Positions 9,401 to 18,362 of a stretch of DNA of 64,000 nucleotides are shown in pieces. Numbering within the stretch: position 1 is the first letter of the stretch; each line of letters opens with the position of its first letter. This DNA is from an uncultured virus (IMG/VR IMGVR_UViG_3300021387_000812) (taxonomy: Duplodnaviria > Heunggongvirae > Uroviricota > Caudoviricetes), in IMG/VR virus record IMGVR_UViG_3300021387_000812; one strand, written 5' to 3'. The notes beneath the pieces were generated by a model. The model saw nothing but the letters and a program-made list of their open reading frames with translations. It was not told the DNA's origin and ran no database searches. Made by a program: the position numbers and the translations under genes.

Positions 9401-9638
9401 TGCCTGGGCATACGGCGATGACTGGGTTTACAACAACGTTATCCCACTTGGTAAAGTTTATATCGAAGGAGAACCTTCGAAAGTAAAGATTTTAAACGCT
9501 CTCCGCCGCAACAATTATCTGGCGGCTGGGAACAACAAAGACTACGCTATCGATGACAGCTACATCGATACAGCAACCTGGAGCCTTGTAAAGTCGAACG
9601 ATTACATGCCATTGTTCGACCTTGTAGAGATTGCATAA
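9369..9638 (+). CDS. Hypothetical protein
   Basis: AAGGAG RBS. Confidence 0.7.
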   Translation: MAKKYQVLQIDAWAYGDDWVYNNVIPLGKVYIEGEPSKVKILNALRRNNYLAAGNNKDYAIDDSYIDTATWSLVKSNDYMPLFDLVEIA

Positions 9639-9649
9639 GGAGTGATTAC

Positions 9650-10021
9650 ATGCCTTCGATTTTTGATTTGCTAGATTCTGTAAATCATATGATGACCATA
9701 CCTATTGAAGAGTCTGGCTCTAAATTTACTGAACTCTCCGATGCGGCTATCGCAGCGATTGAAAATCTCAGTAAGCATAAAGTGGTTCGTCAGAGCCTTT
9801 TTGATGGATACGGGTATACTTTTAACTTTGATAACGGATATGGCATCAGCATCATTAAGCACTCTGGTTCTTATGGCGGCACTGACGATCAGTTTGAAGT
9901 CGCCGTACTGAAAGGAGATCGAATTTGTTACACAACTCCGATCACAAATGATGTACTAGGCTGGCTAACTGAAGATGAAGTGGTATTCGCAGCAAAGAAG
10001 GTGGCAGCGCTTGGAGATTAA
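9650..10021 (+). CDS. Conserved phage hypothetical protein
   Basis: F.NGYG.S...SYGG...FEVAVL...TPIT.DVLGWL. Confidence 0.75.
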   Translation: MPSIFDLLDSVNHMMTIPIEESGSKFTELSDAAIAAIENLSKHKVVRQSLFDGYGYTFNFDNGYGISIIKHSGSYGGTDDQFEVAVLKGDRICYTTPITNDVLGWLTEDEVVFAAKKVAALGD

Positions 10022-10460
10022 GACAACTTATATTGCTGAAGACGGCACTGAGTTCTCTAATGAAAAAGAATGCCTGGATTACGAGAATGAAAAACTTAAA
10101 CGCATCAAGTTGTTCAAAAACAAAATCAAAGCCTTTAACTCCAATGGCAAACCGCTTGATACCAGTTCTAAAAACTGGTTTATATCCGCGTACACAATTG
10201 CGTTTGAAAGCACTGAAGCGATGCATGAGTTTGCCAGCCTTCTCCAGGATTACGAAGATGATATTGATGCGTATGATCCAGATCTTGGAGAGTATCTTTG
10301 GCATCAAACGGAGCCCGTAACGATGCGGTATATCGAAGCGTTAGATAAAGTCGGAGGATCTGCTGGGACAGACGGCTGGTACAACGTAAAAGCTGCGATC
10401 GATCTTCTTGTCCCTGACTATGTTAAAAACCTGTGGTCAACGGAGAATAAACATGAGTAA
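10011..10460 (+). CDS. Hypothetical protein
   Basis: YIAEDGTEF...EC..YE N-terminus typical of phage proteins. Confidence 0.65.
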   Translation: MEIKTTYIAEDGTEFSNEKECLDYENEKLKRIKLFKNKIKAFNSNGKPLDTSSKNWFISAYTIAFESTEAMHEFASLLQDYEDDIDAYDPDLGEYLWHQTEPVTMRYIEALDKVGGSAGTDGWYNVKAAIDLLVPDYVKNLWSTENKHE

Positions 10461-10878
10461 GGATATTATTTTAAGTTTACATCCTAAATGGTTTAAGCCG
10501 ATAATGGATGGCCGTAAAATCTACGAAGTACGCAAGCGAGCTCCGTTGCAAACAGGTCCGTTTAAAGTGTATCTCTACTGTACCAAAGGTGAAGAAGCCT
10601 GGCTTACAAAAATTATCGGAAAGCAGGAGTCTTACCAGCTTAACAGCACTGTTTGTGGAGAGTTTACCTGTAGGTACATTGTTGACAGACGGCCGCCATT
10701 CTTCGGTGAGAACCGTGGAACCTGTCTGACCGCAAAAGAACTCTATGAATATATGGGCAGCAACGATCATTTATGCTACCTGAATATCAGTAACCCGATT
10801 ATGTACGACAAGCCAAAATCTCTTGAAGACTTTGGACTGACCAGGCCGCCACAAAGTTGGTGCTATGTAAAAGATTAA
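10453..10878 (+). CDS. ASCH domain protein
   Basis: LSLHPKW...I.DGRK.YEVRK and PPQSWCY motifs. Confidence 0.85.
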   Translation: MSKDIILSLHPKWFKPIMDGRKIYEVRKRAPLQTGPFKVYLYCTKGEEAWLTKIIGKQESYQLNSTVCGEFTCRYIVDRRPPFFGENRGTCLTAKELYEYMGSNDHLCYLNISNPIMYDKPKSLEDFGLTRPPQSWCYVKD

Positions 10879-10890
10879 CAGGAGTGAAAT

Positions 10891-11481
10891 ATGGGAAACA
10901 GAGCTTTAATCCAGCCGAAAGGAAAAAATGTTTGTGTTTATCTGCATTGGAACGGTGGAGCGGATTCTGTTGTTCCTTTTCTCAAATATTGCGAGCTTCG
11001 AGGCTTTCGTCCGTTTGAAGATTCTTATGGCCTAGCAAGATTTGTTCAGATTGTTTCTAATTTCTTCGGAGGCAGTTTATCTATTGGTGTTGAAGATCAT
11101 GCTCCGACAGAAGAAGACATAGACTGGATAGATAATGGCCTGTATATTGTAAAAGGCTGGAAGATTGTTGGCCGAAAAGTTTATGAAGGTTATGAAGATG
11201 AAAAAGTAAGCGATTTAAAAGATTTTCTCAAGGAGATTGACAAGTGTCAGCCAGAGAATGATCGGCTTGGAGATCTGTACTTCAACAGCAAACCTGTTAA
11301 AGTAAAAGATATGATAGCAAATAAAATATATCTCATCCGGAAAATGGAAGGACAGCCCTTTGAAAAAGTAATATGCGTAAAGCAAAACGAAGAAAAGGGT
11401 TATATATCACAATTTAATTCATTTGTTCCGTTTGGCAAAAACGATGAAATTAGAGAAATTATATCGTATATCACAATTTAA
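10891..11481 (+). CDS. Conserved phage hypothetical protein
   Basis: MGNRA.I...VYLHWNGG N-terminus. Confidence 0.75.
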   Translation: MGNRALIQPKGKNVCVYLHWNGGADSVVPFLKYCELRGFRPFEDSYGLARFVQIVSNFFGGSLSIGVEDHAPTEEDIDWIDNGLYIVKGWKIVGRKVYEGYEDEKVSDLKDFLKEIDKCQPENDRLGDLYFNSKPVKVKDMIANKIYLIRKMEGQPFEKVICVKQNEEKGYISQFNSFVPFGKNDEIREIISYITI

Positions 11482-11525
11482 TTCATTTGTTCCGTTTGAC
11501 AAAAATGATGAAATTAGGGAAATTA
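11403..11525 (+). repeat. 59-bp tandem duplication
   Basis: 11403-11461 vs 11467-11525, three mismatches. Confidence 0.85.
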
Positions 11526-11582
11526 CATTGCGGTCTTTTGATTTTTAATCAATAAAAAATATCGATTAAATGGAGAGATAGT

Positions 11583-12368
11583 ATGGCTAAGAATGAAATT
11601 AAAACAGCAGAACTGACTGAAGCAGAACTGAAACAGGCTGAAAATAAGAAAGCTGAACCTACTCGTATTAAGATTAAGCGTTTTCCTGTATCTAAGGCAC
11701 GTATTAAGATCGTTGGTGACAGCCCGCTGCTTGTGCATGCATGGTCCGAGAAGGCCAAGAAGCAAATGCTTGAAGCTCAGCAGGATACTGATCCTACCAA
11801 AGGCAAGCGCGGCAAGAAGAAGCAGCATGATGTCCGCGAACCCTTTGCTGACTTTGTGAACGCGGCTTACTGGATTTCTGAGAAGCCTGAAGTTGACGGG
11901 CTGCCAGATGCTGAACAGAAACAGTTGTTCGAAGAAGCCTGGCAGAAGGGCGCTCAGTTCGGATTCCCGGTCATTGCTTTTAAGAAGGCTGCGGTGACTG
12001 CCGTGTGGTCTGCCGGTCTGATTACTTCTCAGCCGTTTATGAAGCGCCTGTTCCATGTTCATGCAGTGAATGGAGCTCACGTTGGCTCCGGCCAGGAGTT
12101 GGCTGTGATTAAGACTGACACTCCGCCGGAACTGTGCGAAGACATGGTGAAGGTTGGTCCGTCCAAGGTCGCTGATCTTCGTTATCGGCCGGCATTCCGT
12201 GACTGGTCTACTGAACTGGAAATCGAACTCATTGAGACCGGAACGTTCACAATGGAAGATATCATCTCTGCCTTCGACATGGGCGGATTTATGAACGGTG
12301 TCGGCGAATGGCGAATCGAGAAGGATGGAGAGTTTGGTTGCTTCCATGTTGAGATTATGGAGGAGTGA
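11583..12368 (+). CDS. Cas7/RAMP-like RNA-binding protein
   Basis: RAMP-like motifs IKIVGDSPLLVH, FGFPVIAFKKA and C-terminal Gly-rich loop GVGEWR...GEFG.FHV; periodic repeat array lies downstream. Confidence 0.65.
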   Translation: MAKNEIKTAELTEAELKQAENKKAEPTRIKIKRFPVSKARIKIVGDSPLLVHAWSEKAKKQMLEAQQDTDPTKGKRGKKKQHDVREPFADFVNAAYWISEKPEVDGLPDAEQKQLFEEAWQKGAQFGFPVIAFKKAAVTAVWSAGLITSQPFMKRLFHVHAVNGAHVGSGQELAVIKTDTPPELCEDMVKVGPSKVADLRYRPAFRDWSTELEIELIETGTFTMEDIISAFDMGGFMNGVGEWRIEKDGEFGCFHVEIMEE

Positions 12369-12370
12369 AA

Positions 12371-12511
12371 ATGATAACAATCGAGATTTATTGGGACGAC
12401 TTAACTGAACGAGCTCAGAATGAAATTCTTAAAAAATTAAACATCACAAATAAAGAACATAATTGGGATGTTTTCCCAATTGCCACAGTGGATATTGAGA
12501 GAGAAGAATAA
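12371..12511 (+). CDS. 46-aa hypothetical protein
   Basis: GGAGGAG RBS; TAATG overlap with next gene; below the ORF-track cutoff. Confidence 0.6.
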   Translation: MITIEIYWDDLTERAQNEILKKLNITNKEHNWDVFPIATVDIEREE

Positions 12512-12990
12512 TGGCATACAGCTATTCTTATGGCAGTGTAGCTAGTTTGTTTAAGAATCCGGCTGAAGTAGCTGGTGTGGTCTGTCAGAAGCTTGCAGAC
12601 AGCGAAACTGGATTGACTCCTAAAGCGTTAGTAGATGCCAGCCGGGATGTAAACGCACCGCTGCATAATGAGTTTGAGTGGGATGATACAATCGCGGCTG
12701 AGAAGTATCGGGAAGAACAGGCCAGATGCATTATCCGTCACCTGATTATCATTCGAACTGACATTCAAGAGATCCGCAAAAACAAAGACCGATCCTTTGT
12801 TAGCACAGGAGAGAACGACAAGGCTTACGTGCCGCTGGACAAAGCGTTATCCAACGAAGTGTGGAAGAACAATCTTCTTAAAGCGGCTAAAGCCGATATG
12901 AAAACGTTTATTTATAAGTACAACCGACTCGCAGAACTGACTGGTGTCATCGATAAGATGAAGGGATTCCTGGACGAAGAAGCGTCCTAA
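12511..12990 (+). CDS. Putative partner protein of the Cas7-like gene
   Basis: LTP..LVD.SR...APLH.EFEWDD..AAEKYR..QAR motif; sits between the RAMP-like gene and the array. Confidence 0.7.
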   Translation: MAYSYSYGSVASLFKNPAEVAGVVCQKLADSETGLTPKALVDASRDVNAPLHNEFEWDDTIAAEKYREEQARCIIRHLIIIRTDIQEIRKNKDRSFVSTGENDKAYVPLDKALSNEVWKNNLLKAAKADMKTFIYKYNRLAELTGVIDKMKGFLDEEAS

Positions 12991-13033
12991 TACTTCTCGA
13001 CATAGGTGTGAAGCCTGAACGTGGTGGGGTCCC

Positions 13034-13342
13034 GGCAGCCGAGGTGAGTTGAGCAGAGTTGATGTTTGTACTGGAGGGTTGGGCAGTCGTGGAAGTGCGG
13101 GATACGGCACGACATGGAACGGTTTGCAGGGGCAGCCGAGGATTGTCTACGACTGGTCAGGTGCGTAACGGTGTGTAGCGGCAGCCAAGGTAGTGTACGT
13201 CACGTTTGTGCAAGGTAACTTTTGGCAGTCATGGTTCGTAATCGTAGTGTAGGACGCGGTGCGTACCGGCAGCCATGGTGAGCAGTGCTAAGTTGAGCTG
13301 TGTACTGGATCGTTGCGTATCAAGTGAGTTTACGGTCTCACT
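13034..13342 (+). repeat. Six-unit repeat array with 5-nt internal periodicity; putative guide-RNA array
   Basis: GGCAGYCRWGG at 13034, 13082, 13131, 13180, 13224, 13268; periods 48/49/49/44/44; closed by AGTGAG/CTCACT hairpin. Confidence 0.8.
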
Positions 13343-13365
13343 CTAATCAAAACTGTGTTTTATAT

Positions 13366-13438
13366 TGGCGTGTGGCGAAGCGGTTAACGCAGCCGGCTTT
13401 GACCCGGTCATTCGCTCGTTCGATCCGAGCCACGCCAG
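13366..13438 (+). tRNA. tRNA-Gln(TTG)
   Basis: Cloverleaf; acceptor TGGCGTG/CACGCCA, anticodon loop CTTTGAC, T-loop TTCGATC. Confidence 0.92.
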
Positions 13439-13709
13439 TTTAACCGGGTGGTTTCCAGCTCCAAGGTTACGTAAAAATCTTCTGACCCTACCGCCGTCTG
13501 TCTAACCAACAGACATAAGTCGAATAGCTAAAGAAGAGAGTAAGACGGTTTGTAGGAGCACCTGCATCGTGAACACAGATCAGAACAAACAATTTAATAA
13601 TCGCACAGGCGGCAAAGAGCTGCTTTAAAGACCCTTACTTTGACTCTGTTCTGAAAAAAGTTCTTAATGCCGGGCTTGTCTCCCTAGACGCGATGCATAA
13701 TTTCATACT

Positions 13710-13812
13710 TCGGTTGCGGCTGCCACATAATAATAAACAAGTCAGGTATACTTGTTGCTCAGCGATTCATCCAGAGACTGCGAAGCTCTCGTTGAGTAAT
13801 AGCCGCAACCGA
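13710..13812 (+). ncRNA. Putative structured RNA
   Basis: 12-bp closing stem TCGGTTGCGGCT/AGCCGCAACCGA enclosing two hairpins, between the tRNAs. Confidence 0.4.
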
Positions 13813-13819
13813 TTCTTCT

Positions 13820-13891
13820 GCCGGATTGGCGCAATGGAAGCGCAGTTGATTTGTAATCATCAGGTTGCAGGTTCGAGTCCTGTATCCGGCT
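13820..13891 (+). tRNA. tRNA-Thr(TGT)
   Basis: Acceptor GCCGGAT/ATCCGGC, anticodon loop TTTGTAA, GGTTCGAGTCC. Confidence 0.9.
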
Positions 13892-14048
13892 CTTACAAAA
13901 CTAAATATAAGGAGCAAAGATATGAAACTGTATGGAGCTGAGATCTCTCAGCAATACATCCAGTACAACGACAAAAAGAAGAGACATATCCGTTACCCGA
14001 ACTCGACGTCTTACCCCAGAGAAGCCGCAGAACAGGAGAGATGGAGCA

Positions 14049-14249
14049 ATGACAAAAGAGAAGTACAAGGATACACATATTTACGTTGGAAAACACGAGC
14101 CTAAGGATTACGTTGTCTGGCGGGTTTTAGGTCCAGCCGGGCCAGAAGAGTATTTCGTAGTGACTGGTTTTGACAATGCGAAACAAGCGATTGTTGGCTG
14201 CTGGGACTGGGAGATTAAAAGAGCAGATACAATGGAACCAGTCTGTTAA
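14049..14249 (+). CDS. Hypothetical protein
   Basis: GGAG RBS; ORF. Confidence 0.5.
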   Translation: MTKEKYKDTHIYVGKHEPKDYVVWRVLGPAGPEEYFVVTGFDNAKQAIVGCWDWEIKRADTMEPVC

Positions 14250-14467
14250 TCTCGTGCTGGCGCACGAGTACATTCTGTTGAACATCGGTTGTGTCCGGTT
14301 CGTCTTCGATGTCTGGTGTTGCGTGTTGCTGCTGCGCCTTCGCTCAATTCTTCGCTCAGGCGTGGGATGGGCGCCGAATCGGATTGCCGAAAGACGCGCG
14401 TTGAATAGAGTTGTTGGGGCGGCAGTGAGACAACCGCCCTGACAATGTAAACGAAGGAGAGATTAAA

Positions 14468-14755
14468 ATGTGGATAGATTACAATTTTAAATCAATCGAG
14501 AACCTTCTCAGTCAGTGCGCGGATCATGGTTATAACTGCGTAGAACTCTGGGAAGGCAGCCTTGGGTATGGACATCTGGTTCTGCTTGCACCGGATGACA
14601 ACTACTGGAACTTTGAGATTATGGAGTATTACATCAACAGCTGGTCAAGCGGACACAAAGTGCGGCGGTTCAAGAAGATCAGCCGCAAACTCCTGAAACA
14701 GATAAAAGATAAAGAGAATGAAGAGATAAAAGGAGAGAGTGATTATGTTTTATAA
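14468..14755 (+). CDS. Hypothetical protein
   Basis: AAGGAG RBS. Confidence 0.7.
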   Translation: MWIDYNFKSIENLLSQCADHGYNCVELWEGSLGYGHLVLLAPDDNYWNFEIMEYYINSWSSGHKVRRFKKISRKLLKQIKDKENEEIKGESDYVL

Positions 14756-15272
14756 AACGATGCGTGACGCCTGTGTTGCATGGGTGAACGGATTTAACGC
14801 TATCCCGCAGAGCCTGCTGGAGAAGCTTGATCCGGATGAGATTCAGGAGATTACGCCGCCGCAGCAGGGCGACCGAGTTTATATTTTCGATGTAGATCAT
14901 GATAACCAGTACGGAGAAGTTGTAAGACGGGACGAAGAAGACGAGAACTATTATGTTATCCGCCTGGACAACTCGCAAGAAGAAGTGCTCGTTAACAAAG
15001 AAGACTTTGAAGTTCAGTACGACAGCTGGCTCCCGATGTGGGGAACAATGTGGACTTTCGGAGACCAGATTGATGAAGAATGGGTGACTGGAGAATATCT
15101 CGGCCCGCATCTTCAAGAGATGGCAGACTGTGGCTTCCGCATCTATGAACAGGAAGATCTTGGACTGGTCTTCGGCATCGACGGCGCAGGATATGACTTC
15201 TATGAAGCCCACTGGCTGCCACTGTACAAAGCTCGTGGCCTGCACTGGCACAAGGAAGGAGCAACAGCATGA
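14739..15272 (+). CDS. Conserved phage hypothetical protein
   Basis: PMWGTMW..GIDGAGYDFYEAHW.PLY motif. Confidence 0.8.
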   Translation: MIMFYKTMRDACVAWVNGFNAIPQSLLEKLDPDEIQEITPPQQGDRVYIFDVDHDNQYGEVVRRDEEDENYYVIRLDNSQEEVLVNKEDFEVQYDSWLPMWGTMWTFGDQIDEEWVTGEYLGPHLQEMADCGFRIYEQEDLGLVFGIDGAGYDFYEAHWLPLYKARGLHWHKEGATA

Positions 15273-15508
15273 CGAGAGACAGATGGATCAAATCGTTTGT
15301 TGAACAGAATAAAGTTGTCGAGCTGGTTAAACGCAGAGGGAATGTCAATTTATATGTTACCCACAGTAAAGATTATGACGGCCGGGCTAGCATGTATCAT
15401 GTCTGGAAGGGAGACCAATGGGTCCTTGTCGGCACAAACTACAGGCAAGCCTGCGAAGTGTTTGAAGGGAGCATAGAAGATGAAGATAACAAGCAAACAG
15501 CTGTTTGA
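15269..15508 (+). CDS. Hypothetical protein
   Basis: ATGA overlap; RBS. Confidence 0.65.
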   Translation: MTRDRWIKSFVEQNKVVELVKRRGNVNLYVTHSKDYDGRASMYHVWKGDQWVLVGTNYRQACEVFEGSIEDEDNKQTAV

Positions 15509-15890
15509 CAAGATGCAGTCATGGCGCCATTGGGACGAGATGCTTCAGAAGGATCTCGAAGGACACTTCAGTTTCAATCCTTCCGGGATGTTCACCCGGC
15601 TGATCAAAGATGCGGCCCGCTGCAATCGGTTCTCCAGCGACGTGTTATTTGATATTAACACGATCAATGACCGGATTAAAGAATACACCGGAGAAGAAGA
15701 GTTCGAACCAATCTGGATCGGATTCCGCAAAGATGGAGTCGACGGTACGAACTACGTGCTCACCCGCATCAACGATGAGTTCGGCTATCACTCCGCGTTG
15801 AGTCAGCACTATTTCGCCCTGTATTCCGTGACTGTAGAGAAGGGTGCATACGATATGTGGTACGTTCACATGTATGAATATCCGATGTAA
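15480..15890 (+). CDS. Hypothetical protein
   Basis: Operon packing. Confidence 0.7.
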   Translation: MKITSKQLFDKMQSWRHWDEMLQKDLEGHFSFNPSGMFTRLIKDAARCNRFSSDVLFDINTINDRIKEYTGEEEFEPIWIGFRKDGVDGTNYVLTRINDEFGYHSALSQHYFALYSVTVEKGAYDMWYVHMYEYPM

Positions 15891-15902
15891 AGGAGAGAGA
15901 TT

Positions 15903-16409
15903 ATGGAAGGCAAGCACATCATCTGGACTAACAATCCTTTTGAACTGACTGATTTCGAAAATGATCTTAAAGAGCAGTATCCTGACGCCGATGAGATTGA
16001 GTTAAGCTGGATGATGAATGAGCTGAACAACCAGTATCTCGAAGACGAAAAACTGAATCTTGAGAAGCCGCTCAACAACAATCTTGTTATGTTCGGAGAG
16101 CTGTCTCTGTGGAATGGAACAAAAACTGGATATAAGGTTCTCAAATCCAGCAATCTGAACGGAATCTTCGACGGAACATGCGGAGATTACATCACATGGT
16201 ATGTAGATGAAGGCGAGATTAAATGCGAAGACACGCATCACGACGGTACAAACCGTTACATCTACCGTGTGCTGAAGAAGCAGTATGATAAGTGGGAGTT
16301 TGAAGACTACTGCTACGACAACGGCATTAAGAAGGCCGTCGAACTGATGACTGAACCGCTTGGTCATTATGTAGCCGAGATTTATGGCTGGGAAAAGGAG
16401 ACCGCATGA
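15903..16409 (+). CDS. Conserved phage hypothetical protein
   Basis: LWNG...GYK and HHDGTN motifs; RBS. Confidence 0.75.
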   Translation: MEGKHIIWTNNPFELTDFENDLKEQYPDADEIELSWMMNELNNQYLEDEKLNLEKPLNNNLVMFGELSLWNGTKTGYKVLKSSNLNGIFDGTCGDYITWYVDEGEIKCEDTHHDGTNRYIYRVLKKQYDKWEFEDYCYDNGIKKAVELMTEPLGHYVAEIYGWEKETA

Positions 16410-16520
16410 AAATCTTTTCATTTGCACGACTGCCCGAAGACATCTTCGGGCTTTTATATTTTGCGGCGGTGGGGATTCTGATCTACGCCGCCGTAAAACT
16501 GACAATCCAGATCAGAAGGG

Positions 16521-16703
16521 ATGAGAGAGATGAAAAACGTGCTCGCATATCACTGCACGGTTTACCTGGACGCGGAGAAGAATGAGACGATCGACGAAGC
16601 CGCCAGCCGGCTGGAGCGCATTCTTAAAGCGGAAGGGATTGATTACCAGTTTTACGATGCGGAACTTCGTAATGAAAAAGGGCAGGCAATAGAATCCAAA
16701 TGA
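16521..16703 (+). CDS. Hypothetical protein
   Basis: ORF; ATGA overlap with next gene. Confidence 0.55.
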   Translation: MREMKNVLAYHCTVYLDAEKNETIDEAASRLERILKAEGIDYQFYDAELRNEKGQAIESK

Positions 16704-17146
16704 CAAAAGAATATTATGGAACAATAGAGCTTGGATCTCAGATTGACATCACAGATCCGTGTTACGATGAAGATGTCTGGTGCAGGATCAACCGTTTTCC
16801 GATCAATCCTGGAACCTATGACTGTTTTGTAGAGTACGCATCCAACAAAGAGACTCGTGGTTTTGGTAAGCGGGTTGCTAAAATAAGCATTGTCAAAAGT
16901 CATACAGATAGGGCCACGAGTTATGAGCGTAAAGGTTCGATCGGTGTCGATGCTGGCATGGCTGGGTTCTTCGCTGTGGATAATGTTAAAATCTTTGAAG
17001 ATGTTATTCTCGCCGGCGAAGTGGAAGACGTTTATCTTGGCGATGGATACTTCTGCTCCAGCTCGGGTTATGGAGACGGCGCCTACGATGTGTACGCCGG
17101 CTACAACAACGATGGTCTTGTAGAAGTTTACATTCAATTCATCTAA
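16700..17146 (+). CDS. DUF4241-like protein
   Basis: ITDPCY, IGVDAG.AGFF, SGYGDG.Y motifs. Confidence 0.7.
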   Translation: MTKEYYGTIELGSQIDITDPCYDEDVWCRINRFPINPGTYDCFVEYASNKETRGFGKRVAKISIVKSHTDRATSYERKGSIGVDAGMAGFFAVDNVKIFEDVILAGEVEDVYLGDGYFCSSSGYGDGAYDVYAGYNNDGLVEVYIQFI

Positions 17147-17156
17147 GGAGAATGTT

Positions 17157-17480
17157 ATGCCTTACGAAGATTGGCTGGCACAGTTTACAGACTGGCGGCC
17201 GGAGTTTGATTACTGGAACCACTTTAGTTTTGTAGATAACCAAGGTCCGGAGCAGGTAAAGCGGCTGTATGATGCCTTTTTTGAAGACTCAAAACAAGAT
17301 TATAAGAAGCTCACGGAGCTGGTAATGACACTCAATCATAAAATCTGGCAGAAGAGCCAGGACCCTTGTGACAAAAGCGTTTGCGACATGTACAGCAAGT
17401 TGTTTGTTTATGCAACAAGGTATGCAAACAAGCACCTTTGCGGCGATGAACTCCGCTACTACCTGCAGGTCACAGATTAA
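17157..17480 (+). CDS. Hypothetical protein
   Basis: AAGGAG RBS; LTELVM.LNHKIW motif. Confidence 0.75.
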   Translation: MPYEDWLAQFTDWRPEFDYWNHFSFVDNQGPEQVKRLYDAFFEDSKQDYKKLTELVMTLNHKIWQKSQDPCDKSVCDMYSKLFVYATRYANKHLCGDELRYYLQVTD

Positions 17481-17643
17481 CCGCGCTGGCGCGCGTTTTA
17501 AACCGGTGGATTCGGCCATTTTGGTGGTCGGGTCTACCGTTTTTGCATGGTTTTGTTGCTGTTTTTTAAACCCGATTGTGAATAAAAAATCAAATAAATG
17601 ATTAAAAAGTAACCTAAAAGTGATTAAAAGGAGAGATTAAAGA

Positions 17644-18051
17644 ATGAATAACACAATTATTATTGGCAATGTTGTCCGGGATGCGGAGCTCAAGAACGTC
17701 AATGTCAACGGTACGCCTACTGCCCGCTGCCGCTTCTCTGTCGCGGTGAATGAAACCCGGAGCAACGGCGAAGCCATCGTGACCTACTTTGAAGTTTCGC
17801 TCTGGCGTGATCGTGCCAGCCGGCTGGCGCAGTATCTCAAGCGCGGCCGTCAGGTAGCCGTGACTGGTCACGTCCGTCTGAATCAGTACACCGATGCCAA
17901 TCATATCGTTCGCAGTTCTCTTCAGCTCCACAGCGCGGAAGTCACGCTCCTGGGCAAGAAGCCGCAGGAAGAAGCTCCTGCTCCTGCTGAAGAGATGGAA
18001 ACCGTATCTGCCGCCGAAGTCGAAGACGACGACGAGTTCCCGTTTGGTTAA
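17644..18051 (+). CDS. ssb: Single-stranded DNA-binding protein 2
   Basis: IIGNVVRDAELK, FSVAVN, YLKRG.QV.V.G; DDDEFPFG tail. Confidence 0.9.
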   Translation: MNNTIIIGNVVRDAELKNVNVNGTPTARCRFSVAVNETRSNGEAIVTYFEVSLWRDRASRLAQYLKRGRQVAVTGHVRLNQYTDANHIVRSSLQLHSAEVTLLGKKPQEEAPAPAEEMETVSAAEVEDDDEFPFG

Positions 18052-18113
18052 TACAAACGGGCCGGATGCCAGGCCCGTTGGATATAGATACTTTTATAAA
18101 GGAGATGATCCCT

Positions 18114-18329
18114 ATGGTCAAAGTAGCCCTGTCTTGCGACGGAGACTACAGTGTTGTTGCTGCGTCTAATCTTGAAACCCCATATCAGATTCTGACACAT
18201 CAGCATATCAATCCTGCAACCCGAAAAGTATTTATTAACGGGCGCGCTCTCAAAGCAGAGCAGTACGACGCGCCAATCTCCGGGTTCACAAGTCCCGGTG
18301 TAACGGTGCATATCACAGTTAAGTTCTGA
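18114..18329 (+). CDS. Small beta-grasp/ubiquitin-like protein (no C-terminal Gly)
   Basis: 71 aa; V.ING..L pattern similar to the N-terminal domain of the next gene. Confidence 0.45.
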   Translation: MVKVALSCDGDYSVVAASNLETPYQILTHQHINPATRKVFINGRALKAEQYDAPISGFTSPGVTVHITVKF

Positions 18330-18362
18330 AGACAAGCAAAGCTTGTTGACTAATAGCCGCAG

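Noticed and set aside
12847..13110. Minus-strand Pro-rich ORF
   Set aside because: Shadow of the G-periodic array; opposite to all neighbours and overlaps a real gene.
13034..13321. Canonical CRISPR array
   Set aside because: Repeats are only about 11 nt and degenerate, the spacers have their own 5-nt periodicity, and no cas1/cas2/cas6 is present.
13710..13812. Fourth retron-like ncRNA
   Set aside because: Has a closing stem followed by G but lacks the AT-GTM-AT hairpin and the 3' hairpin plus AG shared by A, B and C.
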